DNA of 63,984 nt, counting the filler, from Deltaproteobacteria bacterium (lineage in GTDB: Bacteria; JAUYMQ01): NCBI GenBank assembly GCA_030698575.1. It is 10 parts of 10 records of this genome, joined end to end, with 100 filler letters (N's around TTAATTAATTAA, not from the genome) between each part and the next. Parts side by side here need not be neighbours in the genome. Positions count along the whole stretch, not along the records: positions 52,401 to 56,304 come from JAUYMQ010000078.1; positions 56,405 to 61,355 come from JAUYMQ010000081.1; positions 61,456 to 63,984 come from JAUYMQ010000222.1; 7 more parts are not named here. One strand, written 5' to 3'. This document shows positions 54,798 through 63,984 of this stretch, piece after piece. How positions within the stretch are numbered: the first letter of the stretch is position 1; the number at the start of each line of letters is the position of its first letter. The position numbers and the translations under genes were made by a program. A model generated the notes under the pieces. The model was not told the DNA's origin. It was given only the letters and a program-made list of their open reading frames with translations, and did no database searches.

Positions 54798-55319
54798 CTA
54801 GCGGTGCGGATCGCGCAGCTTGAAGTATTTCCTGGTCTCCCGGACGAGCCTCTCGAGCCCCTGGATGCCGGGCAGCACCTTCGGCTCGCGGCCCGGTTCG
54901 GCCAGGACATAGCCATAGTGCCCCTCGAGGGCGTTCCGCTCGATCCGGGCCTCGGTCTTCCCGGCCCGGACCGCGATGACGACCACATCGGCGCTCGTGA
55001 GCAGGACCTCGGGCGCGGGATCGGGTAGATGCCGGGGAAGCTCGGAAGTCTCGGTCTGGTAGGCCTGCAGGATCTCCGCCTCGCGCGGCGGGTAGCCGCC
55101 CTTTCCGAAGAGAACGGGCGGCATGAGGGCGACCACCGTCGGGCCTTCCACGAGCACTTCCTTCGGCTTGTATGGGAGCCGGCACTTCCAGGCGTCCATG
55201 GGCGGCTGAAGATCGCCAGGGTCCTTGGGCGACGCGCAGGCACCCGTGAGCCCGAGAAGAACGACGATCAGCAGCAGGGCTCTTCCGGGGGAGGGTTTCA
55301 AGGCCAATGTCCTGTCCAT
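54798..55319 (-). CDS. Putative lipoprotein
   Basis: LLLIVVLLGLTGAC lipobox-like signal; same strand as neighbours. Confidence 0.6.
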   Translation of the reverse strand: MDRTLALKPSPGRALLLIVVLLGLTGACASPKDPGDLQPPMDAWKCRLPYKPKEVLVEGPTVVALMPPVLFGKGGYPPREAEILQAYQTETSELPRHLPDPAPEVLLTSADVVVIAVRAGKTEARIERNALEGHYGYVLAEPGREPKVLPGIQGLERLVRETRKYFKLRDPHR

Positions 55320-55405
55320 GCCTCTCATGATGGAAACGGGCCGGCGATCCCCGCAAGGACCGCCGGCCGTCTCCGGTTGGGTTTTGACCAGTCTTCGATC
55401 GAGGT

Positions 55406-56304
55406 CTACTTGAACTGCAGCGGACCGCGATCGAGGTTCTTGAACACCTTCATCGCGGGCTCGCCCGAGAAGACCGATCCCGTCTGCTCCACCACCCGGG
55501 CGGTTCCCACCCGGTCGATGATCGAGTTCACGGTCTTCAGCGTGTTGGCGTCGTAGGTGTTGTCCGGGCGCTTGTTGTAGGTGAGCGCACACCAGAGCGC
55601 CGACGAGCCGTTCCGCATCGCTTCGACGGTATGGAGACCCTTGTCGTACCCCACGCCGTAGAACGTCGTGCCGACCCGGTCGGCGCCGACGAAACCGATG
55701 CCGTCGGCCACCGCTATCACGTCGGCCACCACGTCGCCGGTCCCGGTCCCCTCACGGAAGCGGATGTCGCAGAGAACATCGCCGTCGAGATCCGGGCACT
55801 CGTCGCAGAGACCGTCGGACCCGGCCGAGATCGTGTACGGGTACGTCGTCAGGGTGGTCTCGTTGTCCGTGCATCCCGGCTGGCCGAGATCGATGCCGAC
55901 CACGTTCGAGGGGTAGAGCACGTCCACGTTGTTTCCGGCTCCGCCCACGAAAGGCAGCCCGTTGTTGGCGTGCACGACCTGCGTCTGGCAGGCCCGCGTT
56001 CCGGAAGTTACGGTCCGCGGGAATACCGAAATCGGCCGTTCGGGCCCGAAGGCCGTGCAGCTATCGCAGGTCGGCTGCGGGTCGGTCGACACCGTCTTGG
56101 GGCACTCCGTGGCGATGACTCCGTTCGGATCGCAAGTCTGGGAGCCGTTGGTGCCCGCCGAGCAGGTGTAGGTGTCGGGGTTCCAGCAGATCTGGCTCCA
56201 CTGCGCGACGCCCGCCGCCCAGATGCCCTGCGCGTCGGTGGACGAGAGACGCGGAAGCCGCGTCTGGACGCAGGATCCCGCGCCGCCGCCGCAGCCGGCG
56301 TCGA
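55406..56304 (-). CDS. Cys-rich PstS/PBP2-like extracellular protein (5' truncated)
   Basis: Frame stays open to the contig end: LSSTDAQGIWAAGVAQWSQI ... PISVFPRTVTSGTR ... GTGDVVADV...GIGFVG; at least 14 Cys. Confidence 0.6.
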
Positions 56305-56404
56305 NNNNNNNNNNNNNNNNNNNNNNNNNNNNNNNNNNNNNNNNNNNNTTAATTAATTAANNNNNNNNNNNNNNNNNNNNNNNNNNNNNNNNNNNNNNNN
56401 NNNN

Positions 56405-56580
56405 ACGGCGATAGGCGCGTCCCGCGCTGGAAGCGCGAAGACGGGGTCACCAGCATGGAGTACGGTCTCATCGGCCTGCTTATTGCGATCGCTATCATCG
56501 TGGCTTTAACCAATATCGGGGTCAGCCTCGGCGGCTTCTTTGAGGCCGCCCAGCAAGGGTTCGCGTCGGCGGGCAACTGA
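56405..56580 (+). CDS. flp: Flp pilin 1 (5' truncated)
   Basis: Not in the ORF track: ...REDGVTSMEYGLIGLLIAIAIIVAL...ASAGN*. Confidence 0.9.
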
Positions 56581-56712
56581 GGCACGCTCGGTTGATCCAC
56601 GTGGGTGAAGGCCCGAGATGCCCGGGCGGGAATCAGTCCGATCCAGGCGTCGAAGGTCCCAAGCGCGGCCATCCCCCCCCGGGTACGCCGCAGAGAAGCA
56701 GAAAGGAGCATC

Positions 56713-56886
56713 ATGGAACTGGTAAAGCGCTTTATCCGAGAGGACGACGGTGTCACGGCGATCGAGTACGCACTGATTGCGGCGCTCATCGCGGTGGCGA
56801 TCATCACGAGTCTGGAACTCCTCGGTGGCTCGATCTCCGATACGTTCGAGGAGATCGAGGACGCCATCAGCAACGCCGGAAACTAA
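56713..56886 (+). CDS. flp: Flp pilin 2
   Basis: FIREDDGVTAIEYALIAALIAVAII; AAGGAG RBS. Confidence 0.95.
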   Translation: MELVKRFIREDDGVTAIEYALIAALIAVAIITSLELLGGSISDTFEEIEDAISNAGN

Positions 56887-56934
56887 TCACGTTTCCGCGC
56901 GTGGCCCACTGCCTCCTCAGAACTGGATCAGGCA

Positions 56935-57420
56935 ATGGGTAGTTCCGGGTTTCACTGCGCACTGCTCGGACTAACGGGATCGACGGTGGCGGTGGGCGCC
57001 CTATGGGATGCCTACCGCCACCGCATTCCCAATGTTGTGACTTTCCTGGGTATGCTGGTGGGGCTTTCCTACCATGCAGGTCTGGGTCCGGATGCGCGGG
57101 GAATCCTTTTCTCAATCGGAGGGCTTCTTCCGCTTCTGGGGGTAGGTTTTCTGCTGTTCTCCCAGAGCTGGCTTGGCGCAGGTGATGCCAAGCTGCTCGG
57201 AGCGGTTGGGGCCCTTCTGGGTTTCAAGGTCGGACTCAGCGCCTTCCTCTTCGCCACCGCCGTCGGAGGGGTCTGGGTGCTGCTCTGGGTGATGGTGGAA
57301 TCGCGGGGAACAGGATTGAGCGGCGGCATCAGGGGACTGCGGGGAAAACGTGTCCCCTATGGCTTTGCGATCGCGGCCGGAACGGGAATCGCCATGTACT
57401 ACCCCCTCTTCGGGGTGTAG
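56935..57420 (+). CDS. cpaA: A24 prepilin peptidase (CpaA/TadV)
   Basis: D..HRIPN, LGAGDAKL, VPYGFAIA. Confidence 0.92.
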   Translation: MGSSGFHCALLGLTGSTVAVGALWDAYRHRIPNVVTFLGMLVGLSYHAGLGPDARGILFSIGGLLPLLGVGFLLFSQSWLGAGDAKLLGAVGALLGFKVGLSAFLFATAVGGVWVLLWVMVESRGTGLSGGIRGLRGKRVPYGFAIAAGTGIAMYYPLFGV

Positions 57421-57496
57421 AGAAGGCAAGGCGCTTTCCGCGGCCCAAGGGGCGCCCTTCCGGGGCGCGCCCGGCCGGCCGGCGACGGCTCAATAG

Positions 57497-57524
57497 TGAA
57501 GCTTCGAGGCTTCACGGCCGATAA
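57497..57524 (+). promoter_or_regulatory. Candidate sigma28-type promoter upstream of cpaB
   Basis: TGAAG-N15-GCCGATAA. Confidence 0.35.
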
Positions 57525-57615
57525 GCATCGCGACGGGTCACACTGAGCCTCCGTTCCCGGCCAGCCGGCAACTCTGAGCGTGCTGGATCGGGAGCAAGGC
57601 GGTGGAGGAAGGGCC

Positions 57616-58410
57616 TTGAGCCGGAACATCACGATAATCTTCGTAGTCATCGCTCTTGTGCTGGGTTTCCTGGCAGCCGTCGTCGCCAAGCGCTACATCG
57701 AGCAGGCGACCGCCGGTGGACGGGGCGCGCTGGTCGAGAGCGACGCCGTTTCCGTGGTCGTTGCCAAGCAAGACATTCCCATGGCTGCCAGCTTGACGGC
57801 CGGCGACGTTCGCGTCGAGGCCGTCCCGCGTTCCATTGTTCCCGAGGGCGCGCTTACTGATCCCCAGGCGGCCGTGGGGCGCGGCGCCGCCGCGCCTATC
57901 GCGCGGGGCGAGGTTATTCTCGAGGGACGGCTGACGGCGGAAGGTGTGGGCGGCGGGCTTCCGGGTATGATCACGGAAGGCTTCCGCGCCATCACCGTCA
58001 AGGTGAACGAGGTCGTCGGCGTCGCCGGGTTCATCGTTCCCGGCACCTTCGTCGACGTCCTGACGACCATCCGCCGCCGCGAGGGCGATGCAGAGCCCGA
58101 GACGCGGATGATCCTGCAGAACATCCGGGTGCTTGCGGCGGGTCCCTATCTCGAACGGGACCGCGAGAACAAGCCCGTCACGGTCAACGCGGTGACGCTC
58201 GAGGTGACGCCCGAGGCCGCCGAGATGATCTCGCACGCCCAGAACGAGGGGGAGCTTCGCCTGGCCCTCCGGAACCGGATGGATCAGGAGGAGGTCGCCA
58301 CGCCCGGGGTCGACACGAATTTCCTGCTCGTCGGGCGGCAGCAGACCAAGACCGGTGGACGCGGGGTCGAGGTGGTCCTCGGCACCGAGGTGACGCAACA
58401 GAGCTTCTGA
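57616..58410 (+). CDS. cpaB: Flp pilus assembly protein CpaB/RcpC
   Basis: TM, SAF domain (VVVAKQDI), GVAGFIVPG..VDVL, ILQNIRVLA, LALR. Confidence 0.93.
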   Translation: MSRNITIIFVVIALVLGFLAAVVAKRYIEQATAGGRGALVESDAVSVVVAKQDIPMAASLTAGDVRVEAVPRSIVPEGALTDPQAAVGRGAAAPIARGEVILEGRLTAEGVGGGLPGMITEGFRAITVKVNEVVGVAGFIVPGTFVDVLTTIRRREGDAEPETRMILQNIRVLAAGPYLERDRENKPVTVNAVTLEVTPEAAEMISHAQNEGELRLALRNRMDQEEVATPGVDTNFLLVGRQQTKTGGRGVEVVLGTEVTQQSF

Positions 58411-58517
58411 GACGGCCCGAAGACTACGGGGCCGGGAACAACCGGAGAGCAACTCTTCGGGGACGCTTCCAGGGGGGGCGCGTCGGCATGACGTGTCTCT
58501 AGGGGGGAGGAAGGCGC

Positions 58518-60185
58518 ATGAAATCAAGACTGGGACCGCGTGGTCTCCGTGCGGCGATCGTTTTCAGCGCAGCCGCCATTGCGCTGGCAGCCATCGCCGG
58601 CACGGCCGGTGTGGCCGGAGCCGAGCAGACGCTGAGCCTGACGAAGGGCCAGTATTTCACACTGTACTTGCAGGCCGAGGTGGAGAGGGTGACCGTCGGC
58701 GACCCACAGGTGCTCACCACGCAGGTCATCTCCCCCCAGAAGATACGCCTTCTGGGGCTCGAGTACGGGGTGACCAACGTCCTTGTCGACTACGTCGAGG
58801 GCGGAACGGATAACTTCTCCGTCATGGTGGCGATCGACGTGGCACCGCTCCGGGGCCAGCTCCAGCGGCTGATGCCGAATGAGCGTGATATCCGGGTGCG
58901 AGCAAACCTGGGGACCATCATCATGGAGGGCGAGGTGTCCACGCGCGTCGCCATGGAGACGGCCATCGACGTCGCGCGCCCCTTCGCCGGCCTGAAAGAA
59001 GCCAGCGTTCACCGGGTGGCGGAGGACGTGGCCAAGCCGGAGAGGTTGACCGAGGAACCGGAATCCTTCGATCCCAGCGAAACGCCCGAGACGACGTCCT
59101 CGCAGTCCTCGACGCGCACCGGCGGCGGGCGAAATCGAGTTCCCGGCGATCGCGGCAGAGAGCCGGGCCAGAAGGTTCCCGACGCCGACCTGGTGCCCGA
59201 CATCATCAACCTGATGACCATCGCCGAGTCGCAGCAGGTTCTCCTCCAGGTCCAGATTGCCGAGGTCAGCACCCGAATCCTGAAAGAGATGGGCGTCAAC
59301 TTCGACATCATCGACAAGAACGCGAATACGGCCGTCTCGACCTTCGTGGGTGGGGTCGTGACGCCCGGAGGCTTCACCTTGCCGGTCGGCGGGCGCGGGC
59401 CGATCTCGGCCATCAGCACGGCTGCGGGCACGCCGGAAGCCCGGATCCTGCACTCGGGCGACACGCTCAGCTTCGCGGCGATCATCGATCTCCTGCACGA
59501 GAACGGCCTGGCCCGCGTACTTGCCGAGCCCAACCTCATCGCGCGGAGCGGGCAAGAAGCCTCGTTCCTCGCCGGCGGCGAGTTCCCGATCCCGATCGTC
59601 CAGAACATCTCCAGCGGTGGAACCTCCTCGTCGGGTGGCGCCATCACCGTCCAGTTCAAGGAGTTCGGTGTGCGGCTGAACTTCGTCCCGACCGTGCTGG
59701 GCAACGAAGAGATAAGCCTGACCGTGCGGCCCGAGGTGAGCGATCTCGACTTCGCCAACGGCGTCGTGCTTTCGGGCTTCCGGATTCCCGGACTGACCGT
59801 CCGGCGCGCCACCACCACGGTGGATCTGCGTTCGGGCCAGAGCTACGCCATCGCGGGGCTGCTCGATAGCCGCATCCGCGAAACGGTCAGCGAGATCCCC
59901 GGTTTAGGGGACATTCCGATCCTCGGACCGCTATTCCGCAGCTCGGCCTTCGAGAAGCGCGAGACCGAGCTCCTCATCCTGGTCACGCCGCGGCTCATTC
60001 GCCCGCTCGACCCGGAGGAAGTGCCCGTTCTCCCGACAGCCGACTACGTCGAGCCGACGGACTACGACTTCTATCTGTGGGGACGTCTCGAAGGCCGCGG
60101 ACCGGGCGAGGAGGAATCACCCCTGGCCCTGCGTCGCGACCGGAAGGCGGGCGGCCTGGTTGGCGCCTGGGGCCACTACAACTAA
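58518..60185 (+). CDS. cpaC: Tad secretin CpaC/RcpA
   Basis: LAEPNL...SG..ASFLAGGEFPIP, FKEFGV, PGLGDIPILG.LFRS, ETELLILVTP. Confidence 0.94.
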   Translation: MKSRLGPRGLRAAIVFSAAAIALAAIAGTAGVAGAEQTLSLTKGQYFTLYLQAEVERVTVGDPQVLTTQVISPQKIRLLGLEYGVTNVLVDYVEGGTDNFSVMVAIDVAPLRGQLQRLMPNERDIRVRANLGTIIMEGEVSTRVAMETAIDVARPFAGLKEASVHRVAEDVAKPERLTEEPESFDPSETPETTSSQSSTRTGGGRNRVPGDRGREPGQKVPDADLVPDIINLMTIAESQQVLLQVQIAEVSTRILKEMGVNFDIIDKNANTAVSTFVGGVVTPGGFTLPVGGRGPISAISTAAGTPEARILHSGDTLSFAAIIDLLHENGLARVLAEPNLIARSGQEASFLAGGEFPIPIVQNISSGGTSSSGGAITVQFKEFGVRLNFVPTVLGNEEISLTVRPEVSDLDFANGVVLSGFRIPGLTVRRATTTVDLRSGQSYAIAGLLDSRIRETVSEIPGLGDIPILGPLFRSSAFEKRETELLILVTPRLIRPLDPEEVPVLPTADYVEPTDYDFYLWGRLEGRGPGEEESPLALRRDRKAGGLVGAWGHYN

Positions 60186-60353
60186 CCGCCGCGGCGGCCG
60201 CGGGGACCATGCGAACGGCCGGCTCGAAGAGCGCGGTAAGTAGTTCGGGCCAGCCGATCTCAGGGAGAGAGAACCGGAACCGGAGCGAGAGGTCGGGGGC
60301 GTATTGCCACGCAAAGGGGGTCGCATCCGCCGTTCGTACTACCAGGGCCACCT

Positions 60354-61355
60354 ATGACCTTTCTTTTGAAGACATTGATTATCGGAGAGCGGCAGAACGT
60401 CCGCGACGCCATCAAGGCGGCACTCGAGCCATTCTCCAATCTCTCGGTCGAGGGTGAAGCGCTCACGCTCGACACCGGCACGCGCCTGATCGATCAACTG
60501 AGCCCTTCGCTCGTTCTTCTCGATCTCGGAGACGACCCTACCCGCTGCTTCTCGTTCATTCAGAAACTGGGCCAGTCCCATCCCCGAACCGCGTTCATCG
60601 CGATCTCCGAAAAAGACGCCGGCGACCTGATCATCAAGGCTCTTCGGTCGGGGGCGAGCGACTTCCTCATGCTCCCCCTCTCGCAGGACGATCTGGAGCG
60701 GGCCATCGAGAAGGTGGGGCGTGTCGCTGAGTCCAGGCAGGAGATCCAGCCGCATCTAGGAAAGGTGATCAGCCTGTTCGACAGCAAGGGCGGCAGCGGG
60801 GCGACCACCATCGCGACGAACGTGGCGGCCAACATCGTGCAGACCGGCGGGCGCACGGCGTGCGTGGTCGATCTCGATCTGCAGATGGGGGACGTATCGG
60901 TATTCCTCGATCTCCGGCCGAAGTTCACGCTCGTGGATGTTACGAAGAACATCCAGCGGCTCGACACGAGGTTCCTCGAGGATAGCCTGGCCCGCCATTC
61001 CAGCGGAGTGGCCGTGCTGGCTCATCCCGAGGACGTGATGGACACCCAGGCGATCAAGCCCGAGCAAATCCGCCGGGTCCTGCGCCTGCTCCGCAGCATG
61101 TTTGATTTCGTCATCATCGACACATGCAAGACCTTCGACGAATCGACGATCGAGGCCTTCGAGTCCAGCGACCTGATCGTGCTCGTATCCACGGTTGATC
61201 TTCCGGCCATCCGGAACTCGCGCCGATGCCTGAACATGTTCCGGCGATTCGGCTACGGGAACGACAAGGTGAAACTGGTGTTCAACAGGGAGGCGAAGAG
61301 CAACGAGATCACGCTGAAGCAGGCGGAGAAGGTTTTGAACTACCCGATCTTCTGG
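60354..61355 (+). CDS. cpaE: CpaE/TadZ receiver-MinD-like ATPase (3' truncated)
   Basis: Receiver-like N-terminus, KGGSGATT, DLDLQMGD. Confidence 0.92.
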
Positions 61356-61455
61356 NNNNNNNNNNNNNNNNNNNNNNNNNNNNNNNNNNNNNNNNNNNNT
61401 TAATTAATTAANNNNNNNNNNNNNNNNNNNNNNNNNNNNNNNNNNNNNNNNNNNN

Positions 61456-63048
61456 CTTCCTGAGCTGCCGCTCGTCCAGCCGGAGAAGGTCGTGACCCTG
61501 CCGCTCGATATCAACCTCAACAAGGACTACCAGTACGAATACGCGGGGCGCGAGAAGGTCTCGGGGTATGACTGCTATGTCCTCGAGTTCAAACCGGTCG
61601 ATCCGACACGCGCGCTGTACCAGGGGCGCATCTGGATCGAGACGCGCACCTTCGCGCGGGTCAAGATGTCGATCGTGCAGAATGGCCTGGCGCCGCCGAT
61701 CACGTCGAACGACGACCGTGATTTCTACGAGCCGATCAGCGGCCCGGACGGAACCACCTACTGGCTGCTGAGCCGGGTGGAGGGGCAGCAGATCTACTCG
61801 ACCGCCGGACGAAACCTCGTGCTGCTGCGCGAGATCGACCTGCGCGACTTTTTCATCAACGATCCGCAGTTCGAGGGGCAGCGCCGGTCCGCCTACGCTT
61901 CCGACAATCGCATCCTGCGGGATACCGAGAAGGGATTCCGCTATCTCGACAAAAGTGATTCGGGCGAGCGCGTCGTCCGGGATGCGACGACCCAGTCGAC
62001 ACTGTTCGGGGTGGCCGGCATCTTCTCCCAGCCCGGGTTCGATTTCCCGGTGCCGCTCGTGGGGGTGAACTATTTCAGCTATGGCTTCAAGGGTCGCGAG
62101 ATGCAGGTCAACGCGTTCGTCGCCGGGGCGCTCAACACCTTCACGCTCACCAATCCCCGCACCTTCGGCAAGCGGATCGACACGACGGTTGAGGTGTTGA
62201 GCCTGTTGCCCAACATCACCGACCGCCCCCTGGTCGGTGACGAGAAGAGGGACGGCAGCAACATCGACGTCCGCACCCAGAGCCTTTCCGCCAGCCTCGG
62301 CCTGCCCCTGGGCAACTTCTTCCGCCTCAAGGCGACCTACGGCGTGGAATATGCCAACCACAGCCGGGATAAGGAGACGGACCCCGCGTTTCTGGTGCCG
62401 GTCGACACGTTTATCCATTCGGGGTGGCTGGAGGGTGAATTCAATCGCTCCGGCTGGACGGTCAGCGCTTCGGCCGAGAGCGCGAGGCGGGCATCCTGGG
62501 AGCCATGGGGCGATGCGACAGCACCCTCCGCCGGGACGCTGGCGGTGGTGCCGGCAGCCGCGTGCGACACTCCCGGCTCGTGCCTGGCGGATTACGAGGA
62601 TGGCAGCGGCAGCTTCAGGAAGTATGAGCTCAGCGTCTCGAAGCAATTCTTCCTGCCGCTGTTCCAGAAGATCCGCTTCGAGGGGATCTGGCACGCCGGC
62701 AGCGATCTCGACCGCTTCAGCGAGTTCCAGTTCAGCTACTTCGGCAGCCGCGTGCGCGGATTCTCGGGCTCGGGCGTGCGCTTCGATCGCGGCGGAATCG
62801 GCCGGCTGCAGTATTCATTCAACGTCGCCGACGTCATCCGCTTCGACGCTTCGTTCGACCACGGGTACGTACGGGACGGGCTGACCTCGGAGGAGTACCG
62901 GAACTTCACCGGCTTCGGACTGTCGGGCAACCTGATGGGGCCGTGGGAAACGGTCCTGCAGTTCGATCTGGGATTCGCCCTGCGCTCCGACATCGAGGAT
63001 CTGAAGGGCGACAAGGAGCTGCTGATCGGGCTCCTCAAGCTGTTCTAA
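61456..63048 (+). CDS. Probable outer-membrane protein (5' truncated): LolA/RseB-like segment plus beta-barrel-like C-terminus
   Basis: Y.G.E.V.G..CYVLEFKP...YQGRIWIE motif; aromatic-rich amphipathic strands; terminal Phe. Confidence 0.6.
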   Translation, partial: LPELPLVQPEKVVTLPLDINLNKDYQYEYAGREKVSGYDCYVLEFKPVDPTRALYQGRIWIETRTFARVKMSIVQNGLAPPITSNDDRDFYEPISGPDGTTYWLLSRVEGQQIYSTAGRNLVLLREIDLRDFFINDPQFEGQRRSAYASDNRILRDTEKGFRYLDKSDSGERVVRDATTQSTLFGVAGIFSQPGFDFPVPLVGVNYFSYGFKGREMQVNAFVAGALNTFTLTNPRTFGKRIDTTVEVLSLLPNITDRPLVGDEKRDGSNIDVRTQSLSASLGLPLGNFFRLKATYGVEYANHSRDKETDPAFLVPVDTFIHSGWLEGEFNRSGWTVSASAESARRASWEPWGDATAPSAGTLAVVPAAACDTPGSCLADYEDGSGSFRKYELSVSKQFFLPLFQKIRFEGIWHAGSDLDRFSEFQFSYFGSRVRGFSGSGVRFDRGGIGRLQYSFNVADVIRFDASFDHGYVRDGLTSEEYRNFTGFGLSGNLMGPWETVLQFDLGFALRSDIEDLKGDKELLIGLLKLF

Positions 63049-63109
63049 CCGTAAACGACGGGAGGCCGGGCGGGGATCCGCGCACCTTCGCGGAGGCCGC
63101 CGGATCGTC

Positions 63110-63984
63110 ATGCTGATCGCCATCCATGAAACAGCCGGCAGCTTTTCCGATCGATGGATCGCGTACTGCCGACGTGAGGCGGTGCCACATAAGATCGTGA
63201 ACTGCCTGGACTCCGGTATCATTTCCGACCTGCGGGGCGCGGATACGCTTCTCTGGCACTGGCGTCACCAGAACGCGAGAGAGCAAATGCTCGCACGCCA
63301 TGTGATCAAGTCCGCGGAGATCATGGGGCTTGCTGTATTCCCGAATCTCAAGACGTGCTGGCATTTCGACGACAAGGTGGCCCAGAAGTACATGCTCGAG
63401 GCGGTCGGCGCGCCCCTTGTCCCGACCTGGGTGTTCTCGGATCCCGAGTCAGCGCTGCGGTGGGTCGAAGGAAGCACGTTCCCGAAGGTGTTCAAATTGC
63501 GGCGAGGCGCTGGATCCGCCAATGTCCGGCTCGTCGAGAACAACCGGCAGGCGGCGCGCCTCGTCCGGACGGCCTTCGGGCGGGGATTCCTCCCCACGCC
63601 GGGTTACTTTCATGATGCCCGTCGACGCTTCCGATCGGCGCGCAAGCGGGAAATCTTCAGGAAGGCCCTGCGCCGCCTTCCCGGCACCCTGGGAAACATT
63701 CGCAGGGCCAACAGACGACTGGGCCGCGAGAGCGGGTACGTCCTGTTCCAGGAATTCGTTCCTGACAACGCTTTCGACACCCGCGTGACGATCATCGGAC
63801 AGCGAGCGTTTGCCTTCACGCGCAATGTGCGTCCGGGTGATTTCCGGGCCTCGGGCAGTGGCGACATTGTCTACGATCGAGACAGGATCCGGCCCGAGTG
63901 CCTCCGCGTCGCGCGTGACGTGACCCGACGGGTCGGTGCACAGAGCATGGCCTTCGATTTCGTCTTCTCGGAGGAGCGGGGCCC
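63110..63984 (+). CDS. RimK-like ATP-grasp ligase (3' truncated by window edge)
   Basis: Not in the ORF track: MLIAIHETAGSFSDRW...HFDDKVAQKY...FPKVFKLRRGAGS...QEFVP...DFRASGSG. Confidence 0.88.
   Translation, partial: MLIAIHETAGSFSDRWIAYCRREAVPHKIVNCLDSGIISDLRGADTLLWHWRHQNAREQMLARHVIKSAEIMGLAVFPNLKTCWHFDDKVAQKYMLEAVGAPLVPTWVFSDPESALRWVEGSTFPKVFKLRRGAGSANVRLVENNRQAARLVRTAFGRGFLPTPGYFHDARRRFRSARKREIFRKALRRLPGTLGNIRRANRRLGRESGYVLFQEFVPDNAFDTRVTIIGQRAFAFTRNVRPGDFRASGSGDIVYDRDRIRPECLRVARDVTRRVGAQSMAFDFVFSEERG

Noticed and set aside
54670-55356. 796-aa version of the TpsB protein
   Set aside because: The extra N-terminal 229 aa overlap the lipoprotein gene; a signal peptide begins at ATG 54669.
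60186-60353. c-di-GMP-I riboswitch before cpaE (ACGCAAAG)
   Set aside because: Only a short motif matches; the required stems and flanking conserved blocks were not found.

Overview
This window is not contiguous DNA. It is ten assembly fragments (1-10019, 10120-17622, 17723-20309, 20410-27855, 27956-31889, 31990-34547, 34648-52300, 52401-56304, 56405-61355, 61456-63984) joined by 100-bp N44-TTAATTAATTAA-N44 linkers, so adjacency across linkers means nothing. The content is high-GC bacterial, probably a Myxococcota/deltaproteobacteria-like MAG, inferred from a tgl-type locus and a stand-alone MshEN protein. Recognisable blocks: dcw cluster (mraY-murD-ftsW-murG-murC-murB-ftsQ-ftsA-ftsZ, with no ddl), typA, HU, an opp/dpp operon, panC-panD, smpB and tmRNA, secF end, yjbQ, an SCP-x-type thiolase, a deoxyhypusine-synthase-like gene, frmA, sucCD-korAB-ndk-mtnP-PfkB kinase-tgl-rodZ, an MCP, a TpsB transporter with a Cys-rich PstS-like neighbour, a Tad pilus locus and an ATP-grasp gene. 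I saw no CRISPR array, rRNA, tRNA, integrase or transposase. The most unusual signal is non-coding: 13-bp palindromes (GGGGTC-W-GACCCC / GGGGAC-T-GTCCCC) occur at three loci as pairs exactly 33 nt apart with largely unrelated spacers. A related end sequence forms a 135-bp inverted-repeat element and also lies at the edge of a 291-bp yjbQ duplication that brackets a thiolase gene. All calls come from reading motifs by eye; no database searches were run.
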